A stretch of 44,977 nt of DNA from positions 99,352,298 through 99,397,274 of the forward strand of contig NC_068985.1 in the NCBI RefSeq assembly GCF_001194135.2, written 5' to 3'. Within the stretch, counting starts at the first letter, position 1. The number at the start of each line of letters is the position of its first letter. This DNA is from Octopus bimaculoides. Taxonomy: Eukaryota. The position numbers and the translations under genes are program-made. Below, piece after piece: positions 25,501 to 37,202 of the stretch. The notes below the pieces were generated by a model. That model was not told the origin of the DNA, made no database searches, and worked only from the letters and a program-made list of their open reading frames with translations.

Positions 25501-26008
25501 AGATAGCGAAATAGATTAGGACAAGGGATCAGAAAGTCACACTACTCATGGCATAGTTTTCGAATTTGCTAATGTAACTACTTGTAACTATATGTTTTTT
25601 TCATCACACATTCACTCACAAATATTCACATATGTGTATGCATGTGTCTATTAAATATGCTTTCATGTATATGTGCATACTTATGTATGTATATATATAT
25701 ATATGTATATATATTATATGTATNNNNNNNNNNNNNNNNNNNNNNNNNNNNNNNNNNNNNNNNNNNNNNNNNNNNNNNNNNNNNNNNNNNNNNNNNNNNN
25801 NNNNNNNNNNNNNNNNNNNNNNNNNNNNNNNNNNNNNNNNNNNNNNNNNNNNNNNNNNNNNNNNNNNNNNNNNNNNNNNNNNNNNNNNNNNNNNNNNNNN
25901 NNNNNNNNNNNNNNNNNNNNNNNNNNNNNNNNNNNNNNNNNNNNNNNNNNNNNNNNNNNNNNNNNNNNNNNNNNNNNNNNNNNNNNNNNNNNNNNNNNNN
26001 NNNNNNNN

Positions 26009-26041
<33 letters not shown>

Positions 26042-27631
26042 GTTCGTATGTGTGTGTGTGTATTCAGTATCTGTTTTCTCAGTATATGAAGCGGAGGAAA
26101 GATAATCTAACTTGTATGCTGAACACGGGGCCATTTCAGGTATATATGTATGTGGTTTAGTTTGTGGGTCTGTTTCTGTATGGGTGCGTTCGTGTGTGTT
26201 GTGGATATGTATGTGTTTGCCAATGTGTGTTTTTGTATTCAATGTATATACTGATTTGTGTGTCTATTAAGGCGGAGAAAAGATAACCTAAGATGCAGGC
26301 AATACTTGGATGTATCAAATGTAATCTCGATCCCAACATACGATACCAAATACTAAGACCTTATGCAAGAGCAAATCATTATCATGTTTTGCAAGGCCGA
26401 CAGCGCATGAACGGGATAGCCACAATCACATCTATGATGTAAATCGTCTTCTTGCTGATGAACTCACCTGGTTATCTTATAGCATTACTTGACGCATAAA
26501 GAGTGGTTTGCGAGTGTAGGTTTGCAGATTAGAGAGACAATGAAAAGCATCATTTACGTATTGTCAATATGTGTAGACGTCTCTTTCGCCAATAATGGGA
26601 AAGATATGTATGCATATGTATGTGTGTAGACATATATACATAGATACATTCATATCCACACATATAATTTGATTAACTATATATATATATATAATGTATA
26701 TATGTATATACATATATATACATACATACCTATATATATATATATANNNNNNNNNNNNNNNNNNNNNNNNNNNNNNNNNNNNNNNNNNNNNNNNNNNNNN
26801 NNNNNNNNNNNNNNNNNNNNNNNNNNNNNNNNNNNNNNNNNNNNNNNNNNNNNNNNNNNNNNNNNNNNNNNNNNNNNNNNNNNNNNNNNNNNNNNNNNNN
26901 NNNNNNNNNNNNNNNNNNNNNNNNNNNNNNNNNNNNNNNNNNNNNNNNNNNNNNNNNNNNNNNNNNNNNNNNNNNNNNNNNNNNNNNNNNNNNNNNNNNN
27001 NNNNNNNNNNNNNNNNNNNNNNNNNNNNNNNNNNNNNNNNNNNNNNNNNNNNNNNNNNNNNNNNNNNNNNNNNNNNNNNNNNNNNNNNNNNNNNNNNNNN
27101 NNNNNNNNNNNNNNNNNNNNNNNNNNNNNNNNNNNNNNNNNNNNNNNNNNNNNNNNNNNNNNNNNNNNNNNNNNNNNNNNNNNNNNNNNNNNNNNNNNNN
27201 NNNNNNNNNNNNNNNNNNNNNNNNNNNNNNNNNNNNNNNNNNNNNNNNNNNNNNNNNNNNNNNNNNNNNNNNNNNNNNNNNNNNNNNNNNNNNNNNNNNN
27301 NNNNNNNNNNNNNNNNNNNNNNNNNNNNNNNNNNNNNNNNNNNNNNNNNNNNNNNNNNNNNNNNNNNNNNNNNNNNNNNNNNNNNNNNNNNNNNNNNNNN
27401 NNNNNNNNNNNNNNNNNNNNNNNNNNNNNNNNNNNNNNNNNNNNNNNNNNNNNNNNNNNNNNNNNNNNNNNNNNNNNNNNNNNNNNNNNNNNNNNNNNNN
27501 NNNNNNNNNNNNNNNNNNNNNNNNNNNNNNNNNNNNNNNNNNNNNNNNNNNNNNNNNNNNNNNNNNNNNNNNNNNNNNNNNNNNNNNNNNNNNNNNNNNN
27601 NNNNNNNNNNNNNNNNNNNNNNNNNNNNNNN

Positions 27632-27668
<37 letters not shown>

Positions 27669-27821
27669 TGCATATACCTACATCTGTATATTCGCACGTG
27701 CACTTGTGCGCATGGCTGTGTTTGTCTGCGCGTGAGTAGTCTGCTTTGCTGGTCGTTCTGTACACCTTCGTCCTGAAGAAATTGTTCCGAATCGTTCTGT
27801 TTCGTAATACTATATCGTACC

Positions 27822-28199
27822 GTGGCACTCCGTCGGTTACAACGACGAGGGTTCCAGTTGATCCGTTGAGCCTGCTAGTGAATATAACGTGCAAGTGGGT
27901 GAGCGCTCCACAGAAACATGTACCCTTAATGTAGTTCTCGGGGCGATTTAGCGTGACACAGTGTGTGACATGGTCGGCCCTTTGAAATACAGGCACAACA
28001 GAAACAGGTAGAAAGAGTGATAGAAATCTGTGGTGAAAGAGTACAGCAGGGTTCACCAACAACCCCTGCCAGAGCCTCGTGGAGCTTTACGTGTTTTCAC
28101 TCAATAAACACTCACTCATAAAGCCCGTCCTGGGAATCGAAACCACGATCCCATGCCCGCAAGTCCGCTGCCCTAACCACTGGGCCATTGTGCCTCCAC
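27822..28199 (-). mobile_element. SINE group D (tRNA-derived), apparently full length, ~380 bp
   Basis: The minus strand begins GTGGAGGCACAATGGCCCAGTGGTTAGGGCAGCGGAC (A box) with GGTTTCGATTCCC (B box). The body and 3' end (GGAACCCTCGTCGTTGTAACCGACGGAGTGCCAC) match the plus copy at 31497-31772. Confidence 0.9.
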
Positions 28200-28509
28200 A
28201 CTAAATAGTATACTTGTGGGACATACAGTAACAAGCTTTGCTATGAACTCCAACGGTGTAAGAAATATTTTGGTTTTCCTCATGAAAATAAATTTTCATG
28301 CCTCTTCGACTGCACAGATTTGGTGTTTTTTTGTTTTCTTTTCTTCACATGTTTCTTATCCATGAAGAAGAATTTGTCACTTCTTTTGCATATCCACAAA
28401 TCACTTTTTAGTGTAATGCTAATCAGATAGGGCTTTGAAGATCTTAGTTAAGACTCCATTTTCTCGTGCCCTTGAGCATTGTGACGCAGCTGAACACTAT
28501 ATAGAATAA

Positions 28510-28559
28510 TTACATCATCATCGTCACCACCACCAACACCACCACCACCACCACCACCA

Positions 28560-28593
<34 letters not shown>
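28510..28593. repeat. (CAC)n/(CAT)n trinucleotide microsatellite
   Basis: Directly visible and runs into a gap. Confidence 0.95.
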
Positions 28594-28873
28594 NNNNNNN
28601 NNNNNNNNNNNNNNNNNNNNNNNNNNNNNNNNNNNNNNNNNNNNNNNNNNNNNNNNNNNNNNNNNNNNNNNNNNNNNNNNNNNNNNNNNNNNNNNNNNNN
28701 NNNNNNNNNNNNNNNNNNNNNNNNNNNNNNNNNNNNNNNNNNNNNNNNNNNNNNNNNNNNNNNNNNNNNNNNNNNNNNNNNNNNNNNNNNNNNNNNNNNN
28801 NNNNNNNNNNNNNNNNNNNNNNNNNNNNNNNNNNNNNNNNNNNNNNNNNNNNNNNNNNNNNNNNNNNNNNNNN

Positions 28874-29040
28874 NTAGCAATATATCGTCTGTCTTTATGT
28901 TCTGAGTTCAAATTCCGCCGAGGTCGACTTTACCTTTCATCCTTTCGGGCTCGACAAATTAAGTAACAGTTAGGATATAATCGACTGGCCCCATCCCCAT
29001 TAATTTCAGGCATTGCGCCTGTAGTAGAAAGGATTATTTA
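28874..29040 (+). mobile_element. SINE group C, head lost in gap, internal deletion
   Basis: TGTTCTGAGTTCAAATTCCGCCGAGGTCGACTTTACCTTTCATCCTTTCGGGCTCGAC...GCCTGTAGTAGAAAGGATTATT. Confidence 0.85.
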
Positions 29041-29057
29041 ATAACAAAAATACAAAA

Positions 29058-29245
29058 AAGGCGGCGCGCTGTTGGAATCGTTAGCGCGCCGGACGAAATG
29101 TTTAGCAGGATTTCGTCCGTCGCTACGTTCTGAGTTCAAATTCTGCCGAGGTCGACTTTATCTTTTATTCTTTCGGAGTCGATAAAATAATTCCCCTCGA
29201 ACACTGGGGTTCCTGTAATCGACTCATTCCCTCCCCCCACAAACT
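29058..29245 (+). mobile_element. SINE group B/C with intact head
   Basis: AAGGCGGCGCGCTGTTGGAATCGTTAGCGCGCCGGACGAAATG...CGTTCTGAGTTCAAATTCTGCCGAGGTCGACTTT...GTAATCGACT. Confidence 0.85.
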
Positions 29246-30539
29246 GGAAAAATTTGAAACGATTATTAAAAAGACAAAACCCCCACAAAATCACGCTCTG
29301 CGTACAGCATGCATTATCAGGAAAGTACCTATACGCTCCGAATTTGAACGTTTTCTTCTGTACGTCCTCTCCGTATTTACTTCCAATTTCTCCTTCTCCT
29401 CAGCTACCAGAAATTCTTTTGGCAGGTTGGATCAAATGTATGTTTACATCTTCCCAACTAAATCTAAATACATGCAAACACCGCAGAAAACTAATTTTCC
29501 GCTACTGTTATCTTACATTTTTTTCTCTGTTTATATGGCTTATAGTAAATACACTCTGTTTCCCCATCCTCTATTTGAATTATGTTATCAAATCATAGAT
29601 CTCAAGGAGCATGAAATTTTGAAACCGTGCATATTTATTTTCGACGCTTGTTAGCCTATCATAGTCGTTGTATTAATAGCTTCTCTATTCGGTTCGGAAA
29701 TCATGATTACACACATCCATATTTTTTACCTTTGTTGATTTTTATATTGTATATTGAAGCGGAGAATTATCTTTCCTGAAAGTTTTCTATATATCTATGT
29801 CAAACTCATGTTTACTGTGTGATGTTTATATGACATATCGGTCCTTCTTTTTTAGGAGACATTCATTTTCATATATAAGATTTCTGTGTTCATATACACG
29901 TGTCTCACAGTACGGTCTACTCTATCCTTGAAACTCTGGACATGTACTTAGCAGAATTTATTATAAATCTCTTTGATCTCGTCTTTTACGCCTATATAAC
30001 CACTTTATTGATCCAGTGAGATTCTATGACGAAAGAAGTAAAAAAATTTTTTTCTTCTCTTTTATATCTATTTTAAATCACATTGCAGTTGCCGTGAACT
30101 GCATATTATCCGAGTTACGTTGCTATGAAACTTTATAGTCCGTTGAATATGTAATGCATAACTAGATTGTTATATATGAAATAAGACAAAGGTTTTCGCA
30201 ACTGGACAGTCTAATCGGTTCAAGATTTTCTTCAAAAGAAATAACGATTTCTCCCGCCAAACTATATGCTATTTTCCCGCATAGTTTCATTTTTGATAGA
30301 GATTTATAATTCTAAATAACAATTCAGTGCATTTTAAATTTATATTGCACAAACACCCACGCCACACACGAACACACCCACGCCACACACGAACACACAC
30401 GCATTGATGCAGACACACTCAAACACTCACATACACACACATACATACAAGTGTGTATTCATATATATATATATATATATAAACAGATTCATGTATATGT
30501 GTGTATGTCTGTGTGTGCTATGTTATGCATGGACGCACA

Positions 30540-31005
30540 AAGGCGGTGAGCTGGCAGAAACGTTAGGACGCCGGGCGAAATTCTTAGCGGTATTTCATCT
30601 GCCATTACGTTCTAAGTTCAAATTCCGCCAAGGTCGACTATGCCTTTCATCCGTTCGGGGTCGATAAATTAAGTAGCAGTTACGCACTGGGGTTCATGTA
30701 ATCTACTTAATCCCTTTGTTTGTCCTTGTCTGTCCTGGTCTGTCCCCTTTGTGTTTAGCCCCTTGTGGGCAGTAAAGAAATATGATACGTTAGTACACTC
30801 GGCGAAATGCTTCGTGGTATTTCGTCTCCCTTTACGTTCTGAGTTCAAATTCCGCCTAGGTCGACCCCTTCATCCTTCGGGGTCGATAAATTAAGTTCCA
30901 GTTGCGTACTGGGGTCAATCAAATCAACTGGCCCCCTCCCCAAAAATTTCGGGCCTTGTTCCTAGAGTAGAAAAGAATGGTTAGCACGCTGGACGATATC
31001 CTTAG
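30540..31005 (+). mobile_element. Head-to-tail SINE array: group B (30540-30781), group C (30788-30978), third head fragment (30979-31005)
   Basis: The head motif GTTAG(C/G/T)AC recurs at about 30561, 30788 and 30979. The first unit ends in the B tail (TTAGCCCCTTGTGGGCAGTAAAGAAAT) and the second in the C tail (CCTAGAGTAGAAAAGAAT). Confidence 0.85.
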
Positions 31006-31335
31006 TATATATATATATATATATATNNNNNNNNNNNNNNNNNNNNNNNNNNNNNNNNNNNNNNNNNNNNNNNNNNNNNNNNNNNNNNNNNNNNNNNNNN
31101 NNNNNNNNNNNNNNNNNNNNNNNNNNNNNNNNNNNNNNNNNNNNNNNGTATTTCTTCTATCTTAATGAATAAAAATTCTTCTGATAGAGTAAATGGGTTA
31201 ATAGAAACCAATGTAGCAAAGAACACAAAATAACTGTGGTTTAGTTCCTGTTTTTAAGGCAGGAACTCCTTGAAATTTTGGGTATTTGAGTATATTTAAG
31301 AATTTAAGGATTGGAGAAAACGCATGTTATAATTG

Positions 31336-31434
31336 CATACTTTATTCCTACATATGTTTCAAAGGATTACAACCTGTGTGATCCATAGGGATCTTTGATA
31401 TTAAAATTGTAACCTTCTCATCAGGGAAAGCATG
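31336..31434 (-). ncRNA. Type I hammerhead ribozyme motif; predicted cleavage after GUA, between 31349 and 31348
   Basis: Minus strand: CAUGCUUUCC-CUGAUGA (31424-31418)-GAAGGUUACAA...UUGUAAUCCUUU (stem II, ~11 bp with one bulge, inner hairpin GAUCC/GGAUC)-GAAA (31360-31357)-CAUAUG-UA|-GGAAUAAAGUAUG (stem I). The core is exact. The only deviation is G10.1-U11.1 instead of G-C. Confidence 0.75.
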
Positions 31435-31496
31435 GGAATCATCTTAAACGTAAGACATTATGACCGATTATGAAAACAATAGATGCACATAACCTT

Positions 31497-31772
31497 GAAG
31501 CTCCACGAGGCTCCGGCAGGGATGGTGGTGAACCCTGCTGTACACTTTCACCACAACTTTCTCTCACTCTTCCTGTTTCTGTTGTGCCTGTAATTCAAAG
31601 GGGCCAGCCTTGTCACACTCTGTGTCACGCTAAATATCCCCGAAAACTACGTTAAGGGTAAACGTGTGCGTGGAGTGCTCATCTACTTGCACGTTAATTT
31701 CACGAGCAGGCTGTTCCGTTGATCAGATCAACTGGAACCCTCGTCGTCGTAAGCGACGGAGTGCCAACAACA
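31497..31772 (+). mobile_element. SINE group D, 5'-truncated
   Basis: GAAGCTCCACGAGGCTCCGGCAGGGATGGTGGTGAACCCTGCTGTAC...GGAACCCTCGTCGTCGTAAGCGACGGAGTGCCAACAACA is the reverse complement of 27822-28090. Confidence 0.9.
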
Positions 31773-32340
31773 TATGGGTGTATTTGTGTATATACATAAG
31801 GATGCACATATATTCGTGAATTTATTGGTATATATATGTTTGGCGCCGTGTGTATTTGCAAGTAATCCTGTGCGTACTTGTGTATACATACAGCTATCAA
31901 ACTTGGTATATATTTATTCGAATACCTGTGAAAAGGTAAAAAAAAATATGCATTCATTGAAGACTTAGAATCTTAATGACAGACACATTCGCATTTTATG
32001 ATAAACACATTCTCCAACGCATACAAATAAGTATACGCCATAAATTAAGAAAATGTTTTATAGATACCAACAGGAAATTTCGAAAGGGAAGGAAGTTTTG
32101 CTAGAGGTAATACGTGTATGCATGTATGTATGCATGTATATATGTATGAATGTATGTATGTATGTATGTACGTATGTATGTATGTATGTATACATTAATC
32201 TATCTATGTAGAAATGTATGCATTATTGTATGCTTGTATACAAGGTTACATTTATATATCTAAGCAAAGAAAGTATGCATATGAGCATGTGTTACTTATA
32301 TGTTAATAATGTGAGTATATTCGCTGACAAAGATTCTTTA

Positions 32341-32560
32341 CTTTTATTCCTTCTTGCAGTTTGTTTCAGTCATTTGACTGAGGCCATGCTGGAGCACCGT
32401 CTTGGAGAATTCTACCCCACGACTTATTCTTTGTGAGCCGGGTACTTATCCTATCAGAATCTTTTGCCGGACCGGTAAGTTACGGTGACTTAAACACACT
32501 AACATCGGTTGTTAAGCGATGATGGGGTGACAAACACGGACACACATACATATACACGGA

Positions 32561-32610
<50 letters not shown>

Positions 32611-33136
32611 NNNNNNNNNNNNNNNNNNNNNNNNNNNNNNNNNNNNNNNNNNNNNNNNNNNNNNNNNNNNNNNNNNNNNNNNNNNNNNNNNNNNNNNNNN
32701 NNNNNNNNNNNNNNNNNNNNNNNNNNNNNNNNNNNNNNNNNNNNNNNNNNNNNNNNNNNNNNNNNNNNNNNNNNNNNNNNNNNNNNNNNNNNNNNNNNNN
32801 NNNNNNNNNNNNNNNNNNNNNNNNNNNNNNNNNNNNNNNNNNNNNNNNNNNNNNNNNNNNNNNNNNNNNNNNNNNNNNNNNNNNNNNNNNNNNNNNNNNN
32901 NNNNNNNNNNNNNNNNNNNNNNNNNNNNNNNNNNNNNNNATATATATATATATAGATGCATATATACATACACATACATACGACGGGCTTTTAGTTTCCG
33001 TCTACCAAATTCATTCACAATACTTTGGTCGGCCCGAGGCTATAGTAGAAAACACTGCCGCAAGGTGCCGCGCAGTGGGACCGAACCCGCAACCATATGG
33101 TTGGTAAGCAAGCTACTTCCCACACATCCATCCCTG
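32341..33136 (-). mobile_element. SINE group A, full length: tRNA-like head, internal microsatellite (collapsed as gap 32611-32939), 3' half
   Basis: Minus-strand head CAGGGATGGATGTGTGGGAAG (A-box-like) and GGTTCGGTCCC (B-box-like), then CACCTTGCGGCAGTG...CTATAGCCTCGGGCCGACCAAAG...GGTAGACGGAAACT. The 3' half (32341-32545) matches 50-216 and 3441-3553. Confidence 0.85.
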
Positions 33137-33412
33137 TTGATTTTTCTCTACCGATTCCTACGTTTCAAAATGTGTAATCATATTCTTCTTCCAAGCCGTT
33201 CTTTCCTTGATTTTGCTCTACAAATTGTTTTCTAGTCCCATCACTGAATCGTACCCTCTTAAATTCCATTCCACTGTTTATAATTGTAAAGTAACTTATT
33301 TCTGAAAGATTCAAAATATATGCTTTCCATATACACCATACACACATACCCATATACATGTATATGTGTATGTATGTATGTACGTATGTATTTCTTTCTT
33401 CATATGTGTCTG

Positions 33413-33447
<35 letters not shown>

Positions 33448-33519
33448 CTATGTATGTATGTATGTACGTATGTATCTCTTCATATATGNNNNNNNNNNTT
33501 GCGTTCTTGTCCCAGTCTG

Positions 33520-33568
<49 letters not shown>

Positions 33569-34689
33569 GCGGCATACATAAACCTTGTCTCTTATATATA
33601 TATTTATATACACTCACAAACACACACACACACACATACACACACATACACGCACACACATAGATACACACATTAGAGAATTTATATATATATATTTTTT
33701 TCCTTCTCTGCTTCTCTTAATCGATATGTAAGCTTTAGTGTTAAGCAAAATAAATGAACTGAAAAAGTCTGATGCAGGCAGAATACCAAAACCAAAACAA
33801 AAGCAGAAAAGAAAAGAATATGTATTTTTTTTTATATGAGTGTGTGATTTTATGTGTGTGTTTGTATGAGCGTAAATCATGAATTACAGAATTTATGCCT
33901 TCAACTTTTCTTCGTTAGTGAAACGCATTAATTATATTACCCAACAGCGGAAACACTTTCTATCAAATTTACAAGATTCTTATTAAATTCCTCCTGCTTA
34001 ATTCCCCTTCCTGTTTACTCTTCTATTAACTAAAGTGGAATTTTCTGTTTCGCCGTTGGTTAGCATTTCAGTCATTGATTGTATTCCGTTAAAGCAACCT
34101 TTATCAGTGAGTTAGTTAGTTAATTGTTTCGTGACTACCGGGAATAAGAATTGAAACTAGTGGCAAGTTACTAAATGTACATGAATCATTTGCTGCTAAT
34201 GCACCTTCTACATAATACGTAGGTACCTAATTACTGATTTGGTTGTTAACTAAGCTACGCTAACAATGTTAATCGACTCAACCGGTTTACACGATCCCGT
34301 TGAGTTAGTGGAAGTAAGCAAAAATGTTTTTCACTTGTAATAGAAATGAATGTTTTGTACATGTCTCCGGCGATCGTGTCAATTGCAAAGCATACAAGGT
34401 TAGCGGTACAATGTAATTACTTATTATAACAATTTCGACCTAGGGAAACTTAATGGAATAAGACTATTTGCAGGAATTGAATTTCTTAGTTTTCTGATTT
34501 ACTTTTCACGTTTCCATTTCATTCATGTAGTAAGTGCTCTGGTCAATAGCTTTTATAAACTCAGTGGTTTAGTCTGACTACTTCATTGCTAGAGAACAAT
34601 AAGCCGAATGAAATTGATCATTAAATGGTATGCTTCCGAAAATCTTTCAATGATATTAATTTATAAATAGTTGTTTTTCCAGTACTTCT

Positions 34690-35200
34690 CGTTGGCATAA
34701 ATGGAAGAGTATCGAAAGGAGAACGCAAGAAAGAAGGAAATGAAACAGAGCATAAACGCCATGAGATGCAAGGAAAAGGAAAGGTGTTTGGGAGGAAGAA
34801 AGGAAAGAAGGGCGAAAGAGAGGTAGTAGAGAAGTAGGAGAAAAGGAAAGAAAGTAACACGGAAAATAAGTGAGAAGGAATTAAAGTAATGTGGACAAGA
34901 AAGAGAGACGTGTTGGTGAGAAATATGAAACGAAGCAAATGCAAAACACAGAGACACCATTAAAGGAGATTTGTATCCGACAATAATTATTTTATTAAAT
35001 TCAGTTGAGGAAAGTTCAAGAGCGGCGAAGATAATTAGAGAAAATATAGGTAAAAGTGTGGAATGGAGAAGAAAGAGAAATACATCTATAATTAGTAATT
35101 CAAAGATGGTGTGATATGGAGGGATAATGTAAGTGGAAATCAACGTAATGAATGATTAGATCAAGAAGAAGAATAAATGAGGGTCAGGTAGGAAGATAAG
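34690..35200. repeat. Purine-rich (GA) low-complexity tract
   Basis: Visible strong A/G strand bias. It explains the F/L/S-rich antisense ORFs 34621-34944 and 34661-35143. Confidence 0.7.
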
Positions 35201-35599
35201 GAGATGTTAAATGATAGCTATGTGTTACAAAATAAGATAAGGGGTGCGAAAATAGTCTCGTGGAACGTGTATTCATTTTTATGTATGAAGTACTTTTCCG
35301 TTGTTTTTGATGTTTTCTGGCTTCGGTTGGACCCTTTCAAGCATATCTAATGAAATGATGCCTATATACAAATGAAACTTCTGTGTGTGTGAGCGTGTCT
35401 CCTTCTTGTATTTAGAAACTTAATAAGACAAGGGTGTCTTACTAAAAGCATATTATTCGACATCACTTTGGCCAGTTATATATAACTGTAACGTTTTAAT
35501 TTCGTTCGTTTTTTCATCAAAATATTTCACCAGTCGATCCAAAATTTTGTATGAGAAAACGACATAGAGAATCAAAGTAGAACAGAAAAATATAGAAAA

Positions 35600-37118
35600 G
35601 GGAAGGCACTCATAAACAGAGAGAAGACATTCATAAGAAGCCAAGAAATGGTCACTGAAAGTTCCTGCAGCAGTTCTACTGGGGACTCTATTCCAATTTA
35701 ATTTATATTCCTCATGACGCGTTCTGATACTGTTCCAAGGGACGCAACAATAATTGGCCCTATCTTCACCTTCTTCCTTTACCATATCGAGGCTATTTCG
35801 TAATCAACAGTATTGTATCTATTTATCTATTCGCCTTCCTTCTTGACGATTCGTGGGTCAAAGGGTTATGAAACATCAACTATATAACATGTTATGCACC
35901 TTGTCCACCAATACTAGGTCCTGTCTCTTATGCTCTGGCACTTGAACTGTTTGGATTAGGAAATCCTCCAGGATTTTGCTAGTCTCGGACTCCGCCAGTC
36001 TCTGGTTTGCGCTCATACCACGTCCTGCCTCTCCCAAACCACCACTTTTCCCACAGTTTCCAATGTATTACATTGCTACCTGATCGTGTCGCCACAACTT
36101 GTTGTGGTTTTGGGCAAGTCTAAGGCATTCGTTCGTGATATGGGCAATGCTTCCATTCACTCAATTACAGATGCGGTACAGCGGAGACACATGCTCATTC
36201 CTAAGGTTGACCTTGCAGTTCGTGGCCAGACCTTGGTCTTGCGCTGTCAGCATAGTGCTCTCGTTCTCTTTCCTTGGGGTTCCTTTCATGAGCCAATTCC
36301 ACCTATTGTTTCCAGCAACTTCTGTGGTGGCTGCATGGAATTGATTGTGTAGTCCCTGCTTGTATAATTCTTCTTCATGTCATTTTTGTACTTCTTCCTT
36401 TGTTTTTCCTTCTTTCTCTGCTCTGAATACTCCCTCGTTCATAACTGTCGCTAGCAAGCTTTCCCTACTTTTGGATATATATCTCATTAAGCTCTCGAGT
36501 TCGATGCGCACGCAGTCTACCACACTTATCAGCCCCCTTTCTCCATTTGCTCTCTATGCATAGGCAATCAGCGTCTGCACGTGTGTGATGGATTCCATGC
36601 ATCGTTAGAAGCATTCTTGACTTTATGTCCATCTCCTTCACCTCCTTCTCTGTCCAGGTCGGGAATCCAGCCCATTACAAACTACAGAGACTGCGCGCAA
36701 CTTTATTGCAGAAATTATGTTTCTGACATTCCGCTTTAAAGTCAATATTGTTCTTACTCACCGCAGGTGTTCTCTTTTTTGTCTTTACCTTCATGTCGAG
36801 ATGTTTAATTAAAATATTCCTAGGTATTTATGGCTGGATTCAGATAGAATTACTTACATCATTTCACCACGTGGCAATCATATGCCCTCGGTCCTGGCAA
36901 GCTTTCCTCGTCTCATCACCATTGTAGAACATTTTGAGAGTCCGAACTCCATCTTAATATCACTGGAGAAAATCTGCTGAGACTGGACTAGTCTGTCCAG
37001 TTCTGCCATATATTTTGTGAATTGCATCTGGTTGTCCATTATTAGCAAGTGGTTTAGTTTTCCCTTACCTCTTTTCAGATCATACCCCAACTTCGTTTTC
37101 TCGATGAGTATATACCCA
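35600..37118 (-). mobile_element. Decayed R4/Dong-like non-LTR retrotransposon: RT C-terminal half, CCHC finger, restriction-like endonuclease
   Basis: Minus-strand translation, in expected order: NHLLIMDN (YxDD box), IFSSDIKMEFGLSKC, HKYLGI, WLMKGTPRKENESTMLTAQDQGLATN, PLYRICN*VNGSIAHITNEC (CCHC, first C>Y), WRHDQVA, KILEDFLIQT...EHKRQDLVLVDK (RLE PD motif), PIIVASLG. Many stops and frameshifts. Clade assignment is from recalled motifs. Confidence 0.85.
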
Positions 37119-37119
37119 A

Positions 37120-37139
37120 AATTATTACCATTATTATTA

Positions 37140-37202
<63 letters not shown>
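37120..37202. repeat. (ATT)n-(AGT)n microsatellite abutting the 5'-truncated end of the R4-like element
   Basis: Directly visible. Confidence 0.95.

Noticed and set aside
26380-26475. Minus-strand CAG|GTGAGT donor and peptide KKTIYIIDVIVAIPF (K-channel S3-like or RLE-like)
   Set aside because: There is no good upstream acceptor, the frame closes quickly, and neither family shows flanking motifs.
29404-29437. Strong polypyrimidine acceptor followed by a 34-nt possible exon
   Set aside because: The donors are weak and the peptide is unrecognisable. Such signals are common by chance.
27822-33136. tRNA-like A/B boxes as tRNA genes; short repeats as a CRISPR array
   Set aside because: The boxes head multi-copy SINE bodies with no complete cloverleaf. 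The DNA is eukaryotic, with no repeat-spacer periodicity or cas genes.
34640-34700. STGKTT Walker A-like peptide in ORF 34621-34944
   Set aside because: It lies at the end of an antisense low-complexity ORF with no other helicase motif.
35305-35348. Minus-strand UUGAAAG-GG-UCCAA-CC-GAAG as a third hammerhead
   Set aside because: Both conserved boxes are broken, so it cannot be supported from one copy.
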